DNA from: an uncultured delta proteobacterium
GTDB taxonomy: Bacteria > Desulfobacterota > RBG-13-43-22
DNA: 64,000 bases
Assembly: GCA_963790475.1 (NCBI GenBank)
Contig: CAWBOS010000012.1
Span: 320,001-384,000 of the forward strand
Reading direction: 5' to 3'
Position 1 is the stretch's first letter; each line of letters opens with the position of its first letter. The notes under the pieces are model-generated. The model did no database searches. It was not told the origin of the DNA and was given only the letters and a program-made list of their open reading frames with translations. Below are positions 18,132-29,105 of the stretch, piece by piece. Both the position numbers and the translations under genes were made by a program.

Positions 18132-20132
18132 CAAAACCAGACCTTTAAGACCCAATTCACCAATCCGCCCATTAACAGGGCGATAAAGATAACCACCCCG
18201 ACAATGGCCAAGGCCGTTTTCCAACCTCGTTCCTTGATAATTACAAAAAAGTTGGCAATACAGGGGACAAAAAGGGTGATGGTCACCAGGGCCACCAAAA
18301 TCTGATTATGGGTCAGCAGCCCTTTCTGGGCCAGGGCGAAAAAACCGGCCGCCCCGTAATCCCGCCGTAAGAACCCGATGATAAAGGAAGAGGTGGATTC
18401 GACCGGCAGACCCAGCCAGTTGACCACCAGCGGTCGGCCCCATCGTTCCAGGGAAGACAAGGCTCCGCTTTTATCCAGGGTAAAGAGGATCAAGGTCCCT
18501 AAAATGAACAGGGGAACGGCTTCCTGAAGATACCATTCGATGCGCGACAGGGTCTTAATCAAAATGTTTTTCAACTGGGGCCAGCGCAAGGGCGGGAGTT
18601 CCAGGATAAAACTGGCACACTCCCCGGGGATCAGTTTCCCGGCCAGGAAACCCACCAGGACGACCACCCCGAAGACGATCACCGCCCAGGAAATAAAGAT
18701 CCAGGCCGGGAATTTGGCCAGCATCCCGAAAACGACCGCCAATTGGGCCGAGCAGGGGACCCCCAGGGCCAGAAGCAGGGTAACGATGATCTTATCTTTG
18801 CGGCTCTCTAAAATCCTGGTGGTCATGGTGGCCATGGTATCACACCCCAGACCCAGGATCATGGGTAAAACGGCCTTGCCGTTAAGCCCCATGATTTTGA
18901 AAATCCGGTTGCTCATCACCGCCAGCCTCGGCAGGTAACCGGAGTCTTCCAGAAAGCCGAAGATAAGAAAAAAGAAACCGACAATCGGAAGAATCAAGGC
19001 CAGGGCATAGGTCAGGGCCATGGTGAAAATTCCGTAAGGTCCGACCAGAAGGTCCTGGATTATAGGGAATGGAATGCCCCACTTGATCCATCGGGTCAGA
19101 AAGGGATTGATATATCCCCCAAAGACCGTTTTTTCCATAAACCCTACGGAGATGTCGGCCCCCAGGACTCCAATGATTTCATAAGAAAGAAACAAGACCG
19201 CCAACATCCAGACGAATCCCAGGACCCGATGGGTGGACCATTCACCCAGCCGCCGGCCCCAGCCTTGAACGATGTTTTCCCTTTGGGTTTGAATGGAAAG
19301 AAGCAGTTGATCGATCTTTTCCAGGCGCTCGATATTGATCCGGTAGCCCAGAGGTTCTTGAAAATTTTTCCGGTATTGCGAACAATGGTCCTCGATCCGG
19401 GCCAGTTCCTGGGGGGTCAACCTTTCCTCCAGCCAAGCCCGGAGGCTCTCATCCCCGGCCAGAAGCATCAGGGCCAGGGACCTGCCGCTGATCGGGGCCG
19501 AAGGGAGCAGGGGGAGAAGGCAGGCGATCCCTGCTTCAATGCCTTCGGAATACTGAAAAGAGAAGGTGGATCTGGGAGAATCCTTCAAGGCCGGGGAAAG
19601 CTGCTCCAAACCTTTTTTTCGCGTGGCAATTGCGGCAATGACCGGCAGTCCGAAAAGTTTGTTTAATGGCTTTCAGGTTGATCTCCATCCCCCGGCTTTT
19701 GGCCTCATCCATCATATTCAAGACCAAAACCAGGGGCAGTCCCATCTCGATCAATTGCAGGGCGATCAACAGACCCCGGCGCAGATTTTTGGCATCCAGG
19801 ACATTGATTATCCGGTAGTCGTTTTCGGACAGAAGGATGTCCCGGGTAACTTTTTCATCCTCCGAATTGGGAATCAGATTATTCACTCCCGGTGTATCCA
19901 GAACGGTATAAGAAAATTCGCCGCTTTTGGCCGTACCGGATGAGACTTCCACGGTGGTACCGGGATAATTGGAGACCACCCGGTAACTTCCGGTCAGGTA
20001 ATTGAAGATGACGCTTTTCCCCACATTCGGATTACCGACCAGAATCACCTTGGTCGGGCTTGAAGTTTTCGAGGTATTCAATGGTTCCTGCTTCATTTCC
20101 TTTTTGATTTCTTTTCCTGCTTTTTGGAGCAC
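18131..20132 (-). CDS. feoB: Ferrous iron transporter FeoB, split by one frameshift near 19667
   Basis: G-domain GNPNVGKS, NYPGTT, DTPG, NMMDE in 19536-20132; membrane domain EDSGYLPR, GLGC, PCSAQ, ELPP, FVPCIA in 18131-19609. Confidence 0.9.
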
Positions 20133-20542
20133 GCCAGACAGTAGCCGTACAGTTCCAGGATATGGTGGGTGATGAAAAAATCATGTTCCCGGGCCACGTC
20201 CTCCTGCAGGGTCTCTATGTTTCTATTCTCAAATTCCATGATCTTTCCGCATCCAAGACAGATAAGATGATCGTGATGCTGTCCCAGTCGGGCCGGCTCA
20301 AAGGTGCTCATCTGACGGTTAAATTTCCTTTCCACCGCCAGGCCGCATTCAGTCAGAAGCTTAAGAGTCCGGTAAACGGTTGTCAGACCCACCCGCGGAT
20401 CTTTTTTGCGGACCTGGTATAGAAGAGCCTCGGCTGAAGTGTGCTCTTTTTGAGATAGAAAGGTTTCGACCACCTGGTCCCTTGGCCCGGACTGGCGCAA
20501 TCCCCGGCTTTTTAGAAAGTGAGTTAAAACCGATCGTTCCAT
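20093..20542 (-). CDS. fur: Ferric uptake regulator
   Basis: HTSAE, GLTTVYRTL, HHDHLICLGCGKIMEF, YGYCLAC. Confidence 0.93.
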   Translation of the reverse strand: MERSVLTHFLKSRGLRQSGPRDQVVETFLSQKEHTSAEALLYQVRKKDPRVGLTTVYRTLKLLTECGLAVERKFNRQMSTFEPARLGQHHDHLICLGCGKIMEFENRNIETLQEDVAREHDFFITHHILELYGYCLACSKKQEKKSKRK

Positions 20543-20554
20543 GACGGTTCCCTT

Positions 20555-20590
20555 ATAATGAAAATGATTTTCATTATCATTATAATCATT
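20555..20590. promoter_or_regulatory. Overlapping Fur boxes upstream of fur-feoB
   Basis: ATAATGAAAATGATTTTCATTATCATTATAATCATT; minus strand GATAATGAAAATCATTTTC is close to the GATAATGATAATCATTATC consensus. Confidence 0.85.
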
Positions 20591-20843
20591 TTTTGCACCC
20601 TGTCAAACAAAAAAATCCTTCGATGGGATAGAGGGACTCGAAGTAGGCGCTCGGTCAATGACCCGAGTCAGAGGTTTTTCAGCGGGGGAGGATTGAAATG
20701 AAATTCCTTAAAGGGGGAAAAGGGTTATCGGTTATGTTTTTATTTTATTAGAACGGCAATAAAATATATAAAATTGTAATTGTTAAAAAAACGAGAATTC
20801 ATCAAAGATGATCTCGGAAAAAAATCACGGAAAGCCTATCCTT

Positions 20844-20921
20844 GTCATTCCGACGAAAGTCGGAATCCAGGAACTTTAACAAGTAATAAAACTCCTGGAC
20901 CCCGGTTTTCCCCGGGGTGAC
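20844..20921. repeat. REP-like palindromic element
   Basis: GTCATTCCGACGAAAGTCGGAATCCAGG ... CCTGGACCCCGGTTTTCCCCGGGGTGAC. Confidence 0.8.
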
Positions 20922-21111
20922 GAGATACTACGAGACTGTCAGTAACAACGTAATCACGAAATTAAACTTCCTGAAGTTTCGATCCGAACTTATTTAAAAC
21001 TTTATTTGTCGGAGTAATAACATGAAAATTGAGCCCATCCCTCTTCAAACTAATTTTGTTTAGGTCACTTATTAAAGAGGGAAAAATATGACATAAAATT
21101 GGATTTAGGAC

Positions 21112-22677
21112 TCAAATCCTTCTCTCATGCCCCTTCCAGTATCTTTCTTTGAGAAGCCGTTTTAAAAGTTTCCCGGTGGGGGTTCGCGGGAGCTCTTTTT
21201 CAAAATCGATGCTCACGGGGCATTTTATTTTTGCCAGATGCTGCTGACAGTAGTGGATCAGTTCCGCTTCGAGTTCCGGTCCCGCTGCGGCCGGGTCGCT
21301 GATCTGAACCACACCTTTAACTTCCTCCCCGAACTCTTCGTTGGGTACGCCCAACACCGCTACGTCCATGACCATGGGATGGGTAATGAGGATGTTTTCG
21401 GCTTCCTGGGGGTAGATGTTGACTCCTCCGGAGATGATCATGTTGGTTTTTCTGTCCGTTAAATAAAGGTATCCCTCTTCATCCAGGTAGCCCACATCAT
21501 TGAGGGTAGTCCACCCTTTCTCGTTCCTGGAAGCCGCGGTCTTTTCCGGGTCGTTGTGATATTCGAATTCCCGGCCCTCAGAAAAATAGATGGTCCCGAC
21601 TTCACCGGGGGGAAGTTCGTTTCCCTGTTCATCCAGGATGTGGGGAATTCCGATGATGGGCAGCCCCACGGTTCCCTTGTGAGCCAGCCAATCCTGGGAG
21701 TTGACGGCGGAAAGCCCGTTTCCCTCGGTCCCCGCGTAGTATTCGACCAGGATGGGCCCCCACCAATCGATCATCTGCTCTTTTACCTGGATTGAAATAG
21801 GAGCTGCGGCATGAATGGCAACTTGGTGGGAGGAAAGGTCATACCGGGTCCTTTCCTCCTCGGGAAGTCTAAGCATGCGGACAAACATAGTCGGTACCCA
21901 CTGACTATGGGTGACTTTGTATTTTTCAATGAGTTTCAGACACTGGAGGGCATCAAATCGATCCATGATGATGGCTGTCCCGCCGCTCCGGATCGTAATC
22001 AGAACAAATCTCAGAGGGGCCGCGTGGTAGAGGGGGGCCGGGGAAAGATAAACGACCTCTTCATTAAACCCGAAAAGGAGAATCAGTCCCAGTGTTGCGG
22101 CCGGAAATTCTCCGTATGGGATATCTTCCAATTCAGCCTTGACCCCCTTGGGTCGGCCCGTTGTCCCGGATGAATAAAGCATGTCCCTGCCCGTAGCTTG
22201 ATCGGGTATGGGGTCAACGGAGTAACCCTGAACTTTTTTTTCATAAGACTCGAACCCTTCCCTGGTTCCTCCGACCATGAACCGGATTACCTTTTCCGGA
22301 ATTTTTCCGATAAGCTCGGAGGCCACTTCACTCATGGTCATGGAGGTAAAAATGACCTTGGCCCCACTGTCGTTGATGATGTACTCAATCTCCGACCGGG
22401 TCAGATGGGTGCTGATGGCGGTGTAAAAAAGCCCCGAACGGGCCGCGGCAGCGCAGATCTCCAGAAACTGGCGGTTGTTTTCCATGAAAATGGAAATATT
22501 ATCACCGGATTTCAGTCCCAGGTCTCGAAGCATATGGGCGCATTGGTTGGACCGTTGTTCGAGCTGAAGTCGAGTGACAATCTCCCCGGTTGAAGCCATA
22601 ATGTAAGCCGGCTTGTCGGGCTTCTCCTTAACCATCTCCCATGGGTGCTTGATTTCCATCGGTTCCTGCTCCTTCAA
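21112..22677 (-). CDS. Acyl-CoA synthetase (AMP-forming)
   Basis: YSSGTTGRPKG, PLYHAAP, YYAGTE, DVGYLDEEGYLYLTDR, LPRTPTGK. Confidence 0.93.
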   Translation of the reverse strand: MKEQEPMEIKHPWEMVKEKPDKPAYIMASTGEIVTRLQLEQRSNQCAHMLRDLGLKSGDNISIFMENNRQFLEICAAAARSGLFYTAISTHLTRSEIEYIINDSGAKVIFTSMTMSEVASELIGKIPEKVIRFMVGGTREGFESYEKKVQGYSVDPIPDQATGRDMLYSSGTTGRPKGVKAELEDIPYGEFPAATLGLILLFGFNEEVVYLSPAPLYHAAPLRFVLITIRSGGTAIIMDRFDALQCLKLIEKYKVTHSQWVPTMFVRMLRLPEEERTRYDLSSHQVAIHAAAPISIQVKEQMIDWWGPILVEYYAGTEGNGLSAVNSQDWLAHKGTVGLPIIGIPHILDEQGNELPPGEVGTIYFSEGREFEYHNDPEKTAASRNEKGWTTLNDVGYLDEEGYLYLTDRKTNMIISGGVNIYPQEAENILITHPMVMDVAVLGVPNEEFGEEVKGVVQISDPAAAGPELEAELIHYCQQHLAKIKCPVSIDFEKELPRTPTGKLLKRLLKERYWKGHERRI

Positions 22678-22908
22678 AGGTTAATATCTATCCTGTTGGT
22701 TTGATATTTCAAAGAAGTACAAGCGTGTCGAGGGTCTTTCCCCTCCGCTCTCCCGGCCTTCCTTTAGACCGCTTCAACTGCTCGGCCGAAGCGCTCCAAA
22801 TCCTCTCTACCGTGACCCTAGCCCTTCTACCACGTTACACCCGAGAGTGCTTTGACAAACAGGGCAGTTCTTCGTTCAACTGGTCGATCCGGAAGGCCCT
22901 TCTGGAGC

Positions 22909-24058
22909 TCAGGAATCCGAAAACCAGCTTCCGGCGATTCTATCCAGATGGAACCGGGTGTCCCCACCAATCGACAGGTTAGCCTGGGTTCTTAAATGAT
23001 ATAGCCCGATGTCCAGTTCCTCAGTGAATCCAATGGCCCCATGGAGTTTCATGCCGTCGATGCAGGTTCTCTGATAGACCTGGTTGGCCTTGGCCTTGGC
23101 CATGGAGATCAATGGGGCAGACGGGAAAGGCCGGCAACCCGGCGTCAACCCTCCAGGCCGCCTCGTACACCAGATAGCGCAACCCTTGCAGGTCATTGAA
23201 AAGCTCGACGAGGTTATGCTGAACGGCCTGAAAGGACCCGATGGCCGAACCGAACTGGATCCTTTGTTTCGAATATTCGATGGTCATCTCCAGGACGGCC
23301 TGGGCTCCTCCCAACATCTCGGCACTTTTCAGGAGGGCGGTCCTTTGATGGATGAGTTCCACCACGGGCCATCCTTTATTAAGTTCTCCCAGAATGTTGT
23401 CTTTGGGTACGCTCACCTGGGAGAAACGAATTTCACACTGTTTATCCTTGGCTGTGGTGGGGAGAAGGTTAATCTCGACACCTCGGCTTCCAGCGTCGAC
23501 AACGAACACGGTGATGCCTTCCTGGGGATTCGCTCCCTCGCTTGTCCGGGCAACAACGAGGAAAGTATCAGCCACGTGAGCGTAGGGAACGAAAAGCTTG
23601 ATCCCGTTGAGTAGATAGGTGTCTCTCTCAGGTTTTGCCACCAACCCGATGCCCGAGGCTTCGTTGGTCCCCCCTTCCTCGGTCAAGGCCAGAGACCACA
23701 AGGCCTGGCCGCTGGCCATTGGCGGCAGATATTTTTCTTTTTGTTCCGTGGTGCCGAAAGCCAGGATCGGGAAGGCACAAGCCGCGATGGTGGAGAAAAA
23801 CGGACCGGGCAGCAGACCCCGGCCCATTTCTTCCATCACCAGGGCCAGATCGATCATCCCGCCCCCCACACCGTCATATTCTTCGGGCAGGGCCAGACCC
23901 ATCCATCCCAGGTCGGCCATTTTTCGCCACATCCCCGGATCGTATCCTTTTTCCCCCAGGTTCAGCTCCCGCACCAGGTTCCGGGGACATTCGTTCTCTA
24001 TAAACTTCCTGGCCGAACTTTTGATCAACTCCTGGTCACTTGAAAGACTAAAGTCCAT
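22909..24058 (-). CDS. Acyl-CoA dehydrogenase (beta-subunit type), frameshifted near 23125
   Basis: MDFSLSSDQE start, LALTEEG, RIQFGSAIGSFQAVQH; continues in another frame as SMAKAK...LHGAIGFTEE. Confidence 0.85.
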
Positions 24059-24071
24059 AGCAGGTCTCCTT

Positions 24072-25271
24072 TTAATAGGATCTCGGCAAACCAAGGCCGA
24101 ATTGTCCGATGATATTTTTCTGGGTGAACTCGGTTCCGGCGGCTGAACTCATTCCGATGAGATTCCAATAGAGGCTGCGCACGCCTCCCAAATCCTGAAA
24201 CCACTTTAAGGCCCGGCCGGACCGATGAAGCTGTGAAAAAGGCCCCAGGATATCCATACCGACAGTGGACAGGCGTTTGAGAATCTCATCGTTTAACACC
24301 TTGTCCCGGGAAGGCTCAAAGGTCGGGGCCTTGCCCTGAGACATTTTCCAGATCGTCTCGTAGGCCAGCAGACGTTGTATTTCGATGTCGATGGCCACCT
24401 GGGCCAACTCCTGCCGAAGTTCAGACTTGTCCATCAACCCTTTGCCGTCGGCATACCTGACCAGCTCTTCCAAGACCCGCTTATTGTGACCATAGGACCC
24501 GGCCGCCACGCCGCCTCGCTCATAACCCAGGGAGCGCATGAGCTGGTACCAGCCCCGATTCTCCTCCCCGACCAGGTTTTGGACCGGGACCCTTACGTCG
24601 TCGAAAAAGACCTCATTGAAGTGATGATTGCCGATATAATTCATAATGGGGCGCACCGTCACCCCCGGGCTCTTCATATCGACGATGATGATGCTGATGC
24701 CCTCGTGTCTGTTTCGGGTGTTCGGATCGGTCCGTACCGCCAGCCAGCACCACCGGGCCCGATGGGCCGCGCTGGTCCATATTTTTTGTCCGTTGATCAC
24801 ATACTCGTCTCCGGCCCGAAGGGCCTGGGTACGGAGATTGGCGAAATCACTGCCGGCATTCGGTTCGCTGTATCCCGTACACCAGACACCGTCCGGATCG
24901 CCCGAGGCGATGAGCGGCATGTATTTTCGTCTTTGTTCTTCGGTCCCGAACAGGATCAGCGACGGACCCACCCAGGACACCCCGCTCACTCCCATGCCCG
25001 TTCCCGGGATCCCCCAATAGCCCACCTCCTCGGCGTAGACCAGGGCCTTCCAGGCCGAGGCTCCCTGCCCCCCATACTCCCGCGGCCAGGTCATAGTCAG
25101 CCACCCTTTTTCGGAGAGCTTCTTGGAGATGGACATAATAAAGGCCCACCCCTCCTCGCCTTCTCCCTCTTCAAACATACCCAGGGCCCAGTCCGACGGC
25201 AATTCTGCTTTCACGAAGTCCCGGATCTCTTTCCGAAACCGTTCTTCCTCCTCGCCAAATTGAAATTCCAT
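24072..25271 (-). CDS. Acyl-CoA dehydrogenase (alpha-subunit type)
   Basis: WCTGYSEPNAGSD, NGQKIWTS, FNEVFFDDV, AGTEFTQKNII. Confidence 0.92.
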   Translation of the reverse strand: MEFQFGEEEERFRKEIRDFVKAELPSDWALGMFEEGEGEEGWAFIMSISKKLSEKGWLTMTWPREYGGQGASAWKALVYAEEVGYWGIPGTGMGVSGVSWVGPSLILFGTEEQRRKYMPLIASGDPDGVWCTGYSEPNAGSDFANLRTQALRAGDEYVINGQKIWTSAAHRARWCWLAVRTDPNTRNRHEGISIIIVDMKSPGVTVRPIMNYIGNHHFNEVFFDDVRVPVQNLVGEENRGWYQLMRSLGYERGGVAAGSYGHNKRVLEELVRYADGKGLMDKSELRQELAQVAIDIEIQRLLAYETIWKMSQGKAPTFEPSRDKVLNDEILKRLSTVGMDILGPFSQLHRSGRALKWFQDLGGVRSLYWNLIGMSSAAGTEFTQKNIIGQFGLGLPRSY

Positions 25272-25402
25272 CTAATAAACACCTCCTTCATGATTGATAA
25301 GATGATGTGGCGGATACCTTTTCAGAGTTCTCGAGTCGCCACCCAAAATCACCTTGGTTATTTCCCAAACAAATTATTCTGGATATACTCCCGAATCGGC
25401 TG

Positions 25403-26119
25403 TCATTCCTCTTTCAAATTCGTGCTTTTTACGACCGGCGGATTCCAGCCGACGACTGATCCGCTTTTGATTTTTGATAAATAAGGCGAAACCGTAGTGT
25501 CCGGAAGCGTTCTGACATTATCCTCAATCTTTATCGGGCCGATCCCCGTCCCCGCGCCCAAAGTACAATTGTTACCGATTTCAACGAGTCCATACCGGAA
25601 TTTTCCCGCGCCTTCATAGCCATGAACAGTAAGCCGGCTGAAGGCGCCTAATAAGGTATTTTCACCAATAAAGATAAGCTCCGGGCGGAAATGGTCCAGC
25701 CAGACCATCTGCATAATCTCGGTGCCTTTTCCGATATGAACACCCATCCAACGATAGATTTTATTTTTACGCGGGGTCCCTTTCAGAAAAAACATAATGG
25801 CGATCAAAAACAATAATCGTATCCTCCGCCCGAGAGGGAGATTGAGGGCCCTCCAATTAACGGCATTGGGTTCTTCCTGAGACCCTAAACCGGAAATGGT
25901 GTAATGCCTTCGAACGGGGGATAAAAATTTCTCTAAATTGATTTTTCCTTCCTTAGTCTTTGGATTTAGGGTCTGAACGTCAACCCCTTCTCCCCCGGAG
26001 GTTTTGCTGATAAAGATGGAACGGTTCTTTCGGGTAGCAAATTTTAGGGCCCGTTCAATAATCTCGGTGGTCACCATGGCCATGACCTCTTCGGGGGTTT
26101 TGTCTCGATACTTTCTCAT
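25403..26119 (-). CDS. Hexapeptide-repeat (left-handed beta-helix) acyltransferase-like protein
   Basis: IGKGTEI...PELIFIGENTLLG...VEIGNNCTLGA...IKIEDN repeats. Confidence 0.65.
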   Translation of the reverse strand: MRKYRDKTPEEVMAMVTTEIIERALKFATRKNRSIFISKTSGGEGVDVQTLNPKTKEGKINLEKFLSPVRRHYTISGLGSQEEPNAVNWRALNLPLGRRIRLLFLIAIMFFLKGTPRKNKIYRWMGVHIGKGTEIMQMVWLDHFRPELIFIGENTLLGAFSRLTVHGYEGAGKFRYGLVEIGNNCTLGAGTGIGPIKIEDNVRTLPDTTVSPYLSKIKSGSVVGWNPPVVKSTNLKEE

Positions 26120-26340
26120 TCGGGACCAGCCGGTTGGCATTCAAAGGATCGGAGAGGCAGTCTCCTAAATTTTTTCACTGGATTCCTTTTCCGGCCCACT
26201 GGACAGGCAGGGTTTCCTAAGCATTATCAGCCAGACTGATTTTTTCCAGGGGGAATTCAGCCCGGCCTTCCCGGGTGTTTAGGCTTACATCCTGCGTTAA
26301 AGAATTTTCCTTCTTTAGATATATGGTGAGGTTCATTGGC

Positions 26341-26769
26341 CTACAACTCTGAAGTACAATGGGGACACCGGGTGGCCTTGATCGGAATCACCGAAAAACA
26401 ATGAGAGCAATCTTTGGTGGTCGGCACGGCCGGTTCCGGTTCCTTTTTAAGCTTGTTGATTTGACGGATCATCATGAAGATGACAAAGGCCACGATTAAA
26501 AAATCAATGACGGTATTGAGAAAAAGGCCATAGTTAACGGTTACTACCCCGGCTTTTTTGGCATCGGCCAGGGTGGCAAAAGATTGGCTGGAAAGGGTGA
26601 TAAAAAGGTTGTTAAAATCCACCTTGCCCAAAATCAGCCCGATGGGAGGCATCAACACATCACTGACAAAAGAGGTGATAATCTTACCAAAGGCCGCTCC
26701 GATAATGATACCCACGGCCATGTCCATCACATTTCCCCGCATGGCAAATTCCTTAAATTCTTTCCACAT
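26341..26769 (-). CDS. mscL: Large-conductance mechanosensitive channel with C-terminal zinc ribbon
   Basis: [34 protein letters not shown]; CSHC...CPHC tail. Confidence 0.95.
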   Translation of the reverse strand: MWKEFKEFAMRGNVMDMAVGIIIGAAFGKIITSFVSDVLMPPIGLILGKVDFNNLFITLSSQSFATLADAKKAGVVTVNYGLFLNTVIDFLIVAFVIFMMIRQINKLKKEPEPAVPTTKDCSHCFSVIPIKATRCPHCTSEL

Positions 26770-26830
26770 GTTCGATCCTCCTTTTTTTAAGGTTTACTGC
26801 TCGGGTTCTATGACGGTAAAGTTGACCGGT

Positions 26831-27064
26831 TTATTTTCCGTCAAAAAGTTCTTTGAGGACGATATTCACCTGGTCCCAGGTCATCAAATCTTTTTCAAAG
26901 AGGATAGTGCCGATCAGCCGATGCTCCCTTCCGTTCAAGTCATCATCCAACTGCTCCATAAAGGCGTCTTTGATCTGATCCTTGGAAACAAATCCTTTTT
27001 TGACGGCAATCGTTCCGAAACGACGGCACAGCTTTGATACTTCTTTTTCAAACTTCGATTTCAT
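26831..27064 (-). CDS. Small stand-alone MshEN-like (putative c-di-GMP-binding) protein
   Basis: RFGTIAVKKGFVSKDQIKDAFMEQ ... RLIGTILFEKDLMTWDQVNIVL resembles the tandem RLGxxLxxxGxxxxxxLxxxLxxQ motif. Confidence 0.6.
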   Translation of the reverse strand: MKSKFEKEVSKLCRRFGTIAVKKGFVSKDQIKDAFMEQLDDDLNGREHRLIGTILFEKDLMTWDQVNIVLKELFDGK

Positions 27065-27126
27065 ATGAAGGAATCTCCTTTCCGCAGAGGTGATTGAAAC
27101 CTGCGGTAATATACCACCCTTTTTTG

Positions 27127-27675
27127 TTAAATCAACCCGGGGATAAACATCTTGGTGCCCTTTAAATAACGGGAATATTCTTCACCGAATCTGGCCAGGT
27201 TTTCCTTTTCTTCCGCCTTGGCTGTGGCTATCAGAAAAGCGGTTATGAACAGGGCTAAGGACACACTCAGTAAAGTTCTTTGTTTAAAAAAAATTCCCCA
27301 ATCGAACAATAACAAAGAAGTGTATAGAGGATGACGGATATAGTTGTAGGCTCCAATGGTCACTAAATTAGCCGTGTTTTCAAATCCAAGATCGGAGGAG
27401 CCTTGAACCGCGCCCCGGGGTTTCCCGATCACCCGGAGGAGATAAAACCCATGGATGACCAGAATAAGAGAGGCCGACAACAAGACCCATGAAATCAATT
27501 GATAAAGGGAAAAAGGATCTTGGATCCAATAGTCAATGTTGCCCAATAAAAGGATCAGTAGCAGCTCAAAGGCAAAAAAACGGTAAAACCCGTGGGAGCG
27601 GGGCCTGGGCAATGATTTCCAGGAAATAAAAATGATGCCCAAAGAAACAACTATAAAAACGATCCATTTGCGCAT
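27127..27675 (-). CDS. Isoprenylcysteine carboxyl / phospholipid methyltransferase family membrane protein
   Basis: LVTIGAYNYIRHPLY, EEKENLARFGEEYSRY. Confidence 0.85.
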   Translation of the reverse strand: MRKWIVFIVVSLGIIFISWKSLPRPRSHGFYRFFAFELLLILLLGNIDYWIQDPFSLYQLISWVLLSASLILVIHGFYLLRVIGKPRGAVQGSSDLGFENTANLVTIGAYNYIRHPLYTSLLLFDWGIFFKQRTLLSVSLALFITAFLIATAKAEEKENLARFGEEYSRYLKGTKMFIPGLI

Positions 27676-27770
27676 GATCGGCTCGCCCTTCCTCCGTAAC
27701 ACCTATCAGCCTGAATAGTCGCCCGGCGAATAACGCTCATCCTGACTCAAAACAAATGGTTCAGGTCAAT

Positions 27771-29105
27771 CTATTTAACTATCTTTTGTAATTTTAATCC
27801 TTCGATTTTATCGTCTGTGTATCCGAGCATTTTTAGAATTTCGACGGTGTTTTCCCCCAAGGCCGGGGCCCCCTTGGTGGGCTTGATGGGGGTTTTGGTA
27901 AATTTAATAGGATGGCCCATCATTTTGTAGGGGCCGGAAACCGGGTTTTCAAGGGACCAGACCATGTTTTGATCGATGGCATGGGGGTCATGATACAGGG
28001 TGACGCCGTAATTGACCGGACCGCAGGGAACACCGGCCCCTTCCAGGGTTTGAATCCATTCGTTGGTGGGTTTCTCACCCAGAATGTCTTCCATCTTTTT
28101 CATGACTTCTTTTTGATAGAAGTAGGTTTCATCATTGCCATTGCCTAAATCGAGATAGGCATACTGATCTTCAATACCTAACACTTCGCAGGTCCAAATG
28201 CGTTGTTTGGCGGTCAAGGCGGCGATACTCATGTACCCGTCTTTGGTCTGATAGATGCGGTAATAAGGGTATACCTGGCGATCCGAAGGCCTGTGGTTAC
28301 AATCCGGCACTTCTACATCCCTGGTTGATCCGGGTTGTTCGTTGCGCAACCGCAAAATAGAAAATTTATCGATGACCTGGGTATGCCGCATGTTATTATC
28401 ATGGGCGGTTCTGAGCACCTCGAGCATTTCTTTGTGCATGTCACTATCGAGTTTGTCGATTTGGATAAAACCGGGTGCCTGAAGGGCCATGCCGGTATTA
28501 AAAAGAGAGGTTTCGATTTTTTGGCCGATACCGGTCTGGGTCCGGTAGTAAAGGGCAGAAACCGCGCTCATGGCATTTAACATGGCGGTACCGATATCAA
28601 TATAGGGACTTCCTCCGGGCCCCCTGGGGTTGCCATCCTCATCGGCATACCCGGCCATGATACCGGAGGCGGCATGGGCGATGATATCAAAACCTTTTCT
28701 GAATTTATATGGACCGCTTTCGCCAAAAGCCGTACTGGACACAAAAATAATCTTGTCGTTGATTTTAGAAAAGGCTTCATAGTCAATCCCCAATTTTTTG
28801 GCAACACCGGGTGCATAATTTTGAATGACGATATCCGCTTTTTTTACCAGGTCATAGACAATTTTCTTACCTTCTTCACTTTTTAAGTCGACGCACAACC
28901 CTTTTTTGCCGCGGTTTAAGGTCAGGGACATCCGGGTATTTCCTCGATATCTTTTGGCATTCCCCATGCGTCGTTCTTCCGCGCCTTCGGGGGGTTCGAT
29001 CTTAATAACTTCCGCTCCCATGTCCGCCAAAAACAAACCGGCATAAGGGCCGGCAATCCAATGGGTAAAATCCAAAACTAAGATGCCCTCTAACAATGAT
29101 TTCAT
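27771..29105 (-). CDS. CoA-transferase family III (long variant)
   Basis: AGPYAGLFLADMGAEVIKIE, NRGKK, GFDIIAHA, APALGENT. Confidence 0.9.
   Translation of the reverse strand: MKSLLEGILVLDFTHWIAGPYAGLFLADMGAEVIKIEPPEGAEERRMGNAKRYRGNTRMSLTLNRGKKGLCVDLKSEEGKKIVYDLVKKADIVIQNYAPGVAKKLGIDYEAFSKINDKIIFVSSTAFGESGPYKFRKGFDIIAHAASGIMAGYADEDGNPRGPGGSPYIDIGTAMLNAMSAVSALYYRTQTGIGQKIETSLFNTGMALQAPGFIQIDKLDSDMHKEMLEVLRTAHDNNMRHTQVIDKFSILRLRNEQPGSTRDVEVPDCNHRPSDRQVYPYYRIYQTKDGYMSIAALTAKQRIWTCEVLGIEDQYAYLDLGNGNDETYFYQKEVMKKMEDILGEKPTNEWIQTLEGAGVPCGPVNYGVTLYHDPHAIDQNMVWSLENPVSGPYKMMGHPIKFTKTPIKPTKGAPALGENTVEILKMLGYTDDKIEGLKLQKIVK

Noticed and set aside
22690-22910. Intergenic stretch or ORF 22701-22982 as a gene or RNA
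   Set aside because: No motif, RBS or convincing fold; may be a gene remnant but cannot be supported
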